DNA from: Mycobacterium tuberculosis H37Rv | GTDB lineage: Bacteria > Actinomycetota > Actinomycetes > Mycobacteriales > Mycobacteriaceae | Length of the DNA stretch: 32,000 nucleotides | Direction of reading: 5' to 3' | Assembly (NCBI RefSeq): GCF_000195955.2 | Contig: NC_000962.3 | Coordinates: forward strand, 1,860,001-1,892,000 | Shown: piece by piece, positions 31,226 to 32,000 of the stretch | Position numbering within the stretch: the first letter of the stretch is position 1 | Layout of the letters: the number at the start of each line of letters is the position of its first letter | The notes under the pieces: model-generated | Databases searched by the model: none | The model's input: only the letters and a program-made list of their open reading frames with translations | What the model was told of the DNA's origin: nothing | Program-made: the position numbers and the translations under genes

Positions 31226-32000
31226 ATGAGCGTCATCGCGGGTGTGTTCGGTGCGTTGCCGCCGCATCGCTATAGCCAAAGTGAGATCACTGATTCGTTT
31301 GTCGAGTTTCCCGGCCTTAAGGAACACGAGGAGATCATTCGGCGTTTGCATGCCGCCGCCAAGGTCAACGGTCGACACCTGGTGCTGCCGCTGCAGCAAT
31401 ACCCGTCGCTGACCGACTTCGGCGACGCCAACGAGATCTTTATCGAGAAGGCTGTCGACCTTGGCGTCGAGGCCTTGCTGGGCGCGCTCGATGATGCCAA
31501 CCTGCGCCCCAGCGACATCGACATGATCGCCACCGCAACCGTCACCGGCGTCGCGGTGCCGTCTTTGGATGCCCGGATCGCCGGGCGGCTTGGTCTGCGC
31601 CCCGACGTGCGGCGGATGCCGTTGTTCGGTCTGGGCTGCGTGGCAGGGGCGGCGGGCGTGGCCCGCCTGCGCGACTACCTGCGTGGCGCGCCCGACGACG
31701 TCGCGGTTCTGGTCTCGGTTGAGCTTTGCTCGCTGACGTATCCCGCGGTCAAACCAACCGTGTCGAGTCTGGTCGGGACCGCACTGTTCGGCGACGGAGC
31801 AGCCGCGGTGGTCGCCGTCGGCGACCGGCGCGCCGAGCAGGTTCGCGCTGGCGGACCGGACATCTTGGACTCGCGCAGCAGCCTGTACCCCGACTCGCTG
31901 CACATCATGGGTTGGGATGTCGGTTCCCATGGCCTGCGGCTGCGGCTTTCCCCGGACCTGACGAACCTGATCGAACGGTACCTAGCCAATGACGTCACCA
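31226..32000 (+). CDS. pks11: Type III polyketide synthase (partial; continues past the window end)
   Basis: [25 protein letters not shown]... is strongly similar to Pks10, with the active-site Cys in [11 protein letters not shown] at the same codon number (138, 31637-31639). The frame is still open at base 32000. Confidence 0.93.
   Translation, partial: MSVIAGVFGALPPHRYSQSEITDSFVEFPGLKEHEEIIRRLHAAAKVNGRHLVLPLQQYPSLTDFGDANEIFIEKAVDLGVEALLGALDDANLRPSDIDMIATATVTGVAVPSLDARIAGRLGLRPDVRRMPLFGLGCVAGAAGVARLRDYLRGAPDDVAVLVSVELCSLTYPAVKPTVSSLVGTALFGDGAAAVVAVGDRRAEQVRAGGPDILDSRSSLYPDSLHIMGWDVGSHGLRLRLSPDLTNLIERYLANDVT

Overview
High-GC actinobacterial window whose gene content and order match the Mycobacterium tuberculosis complex region pheT – PE_PGRS30 – argCJBDFRGH – pks10-pks7-pks8-pks17-pks9-pks11. 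Contents: the 3' part of pheT; a convergent minus-strand PE_PGRS gene with a non-repetitive C-terminal domain; a complete arginine biosynthesis operon with four-nucleotide overlaps between its first six genes and ARG-box-like operators overlapping the argC start; and a polyketide locus in which two type III PKS genes (pks10, pks11) flank type I modular PKS genes. The most interesting signals are: (1) a one-base frame break inside the enoyl-reductase domain that splits pks8/pks17; (2) Pks9 has a ketosynthase whose active-site Cys is replaced by Gln (DSGQSSS, KSQ-like) with a malonyl-type AT and an ACP, which suggests a decarboxylative loading module encoded downstream of its probable acceptors; (3) Pks7, Pks8 and Pks9 look like mosaics with swapped AT domains; (4) near-identical promoter-like sequences (TTGCSR-N17-TAAACT) precede both type III PKS genes; (5) two long intergenic hairpins (19-21 bp arms, both with 18-nt loops) lie between argG/argH and pks10/pks7. 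I found no CRISPR array, tRNA, rRNA or transposase gene. All identifications come from reading motifs and recalling gene families; no database search was run. Most of the locus is already known, so the novelty claims are limited to specific details.
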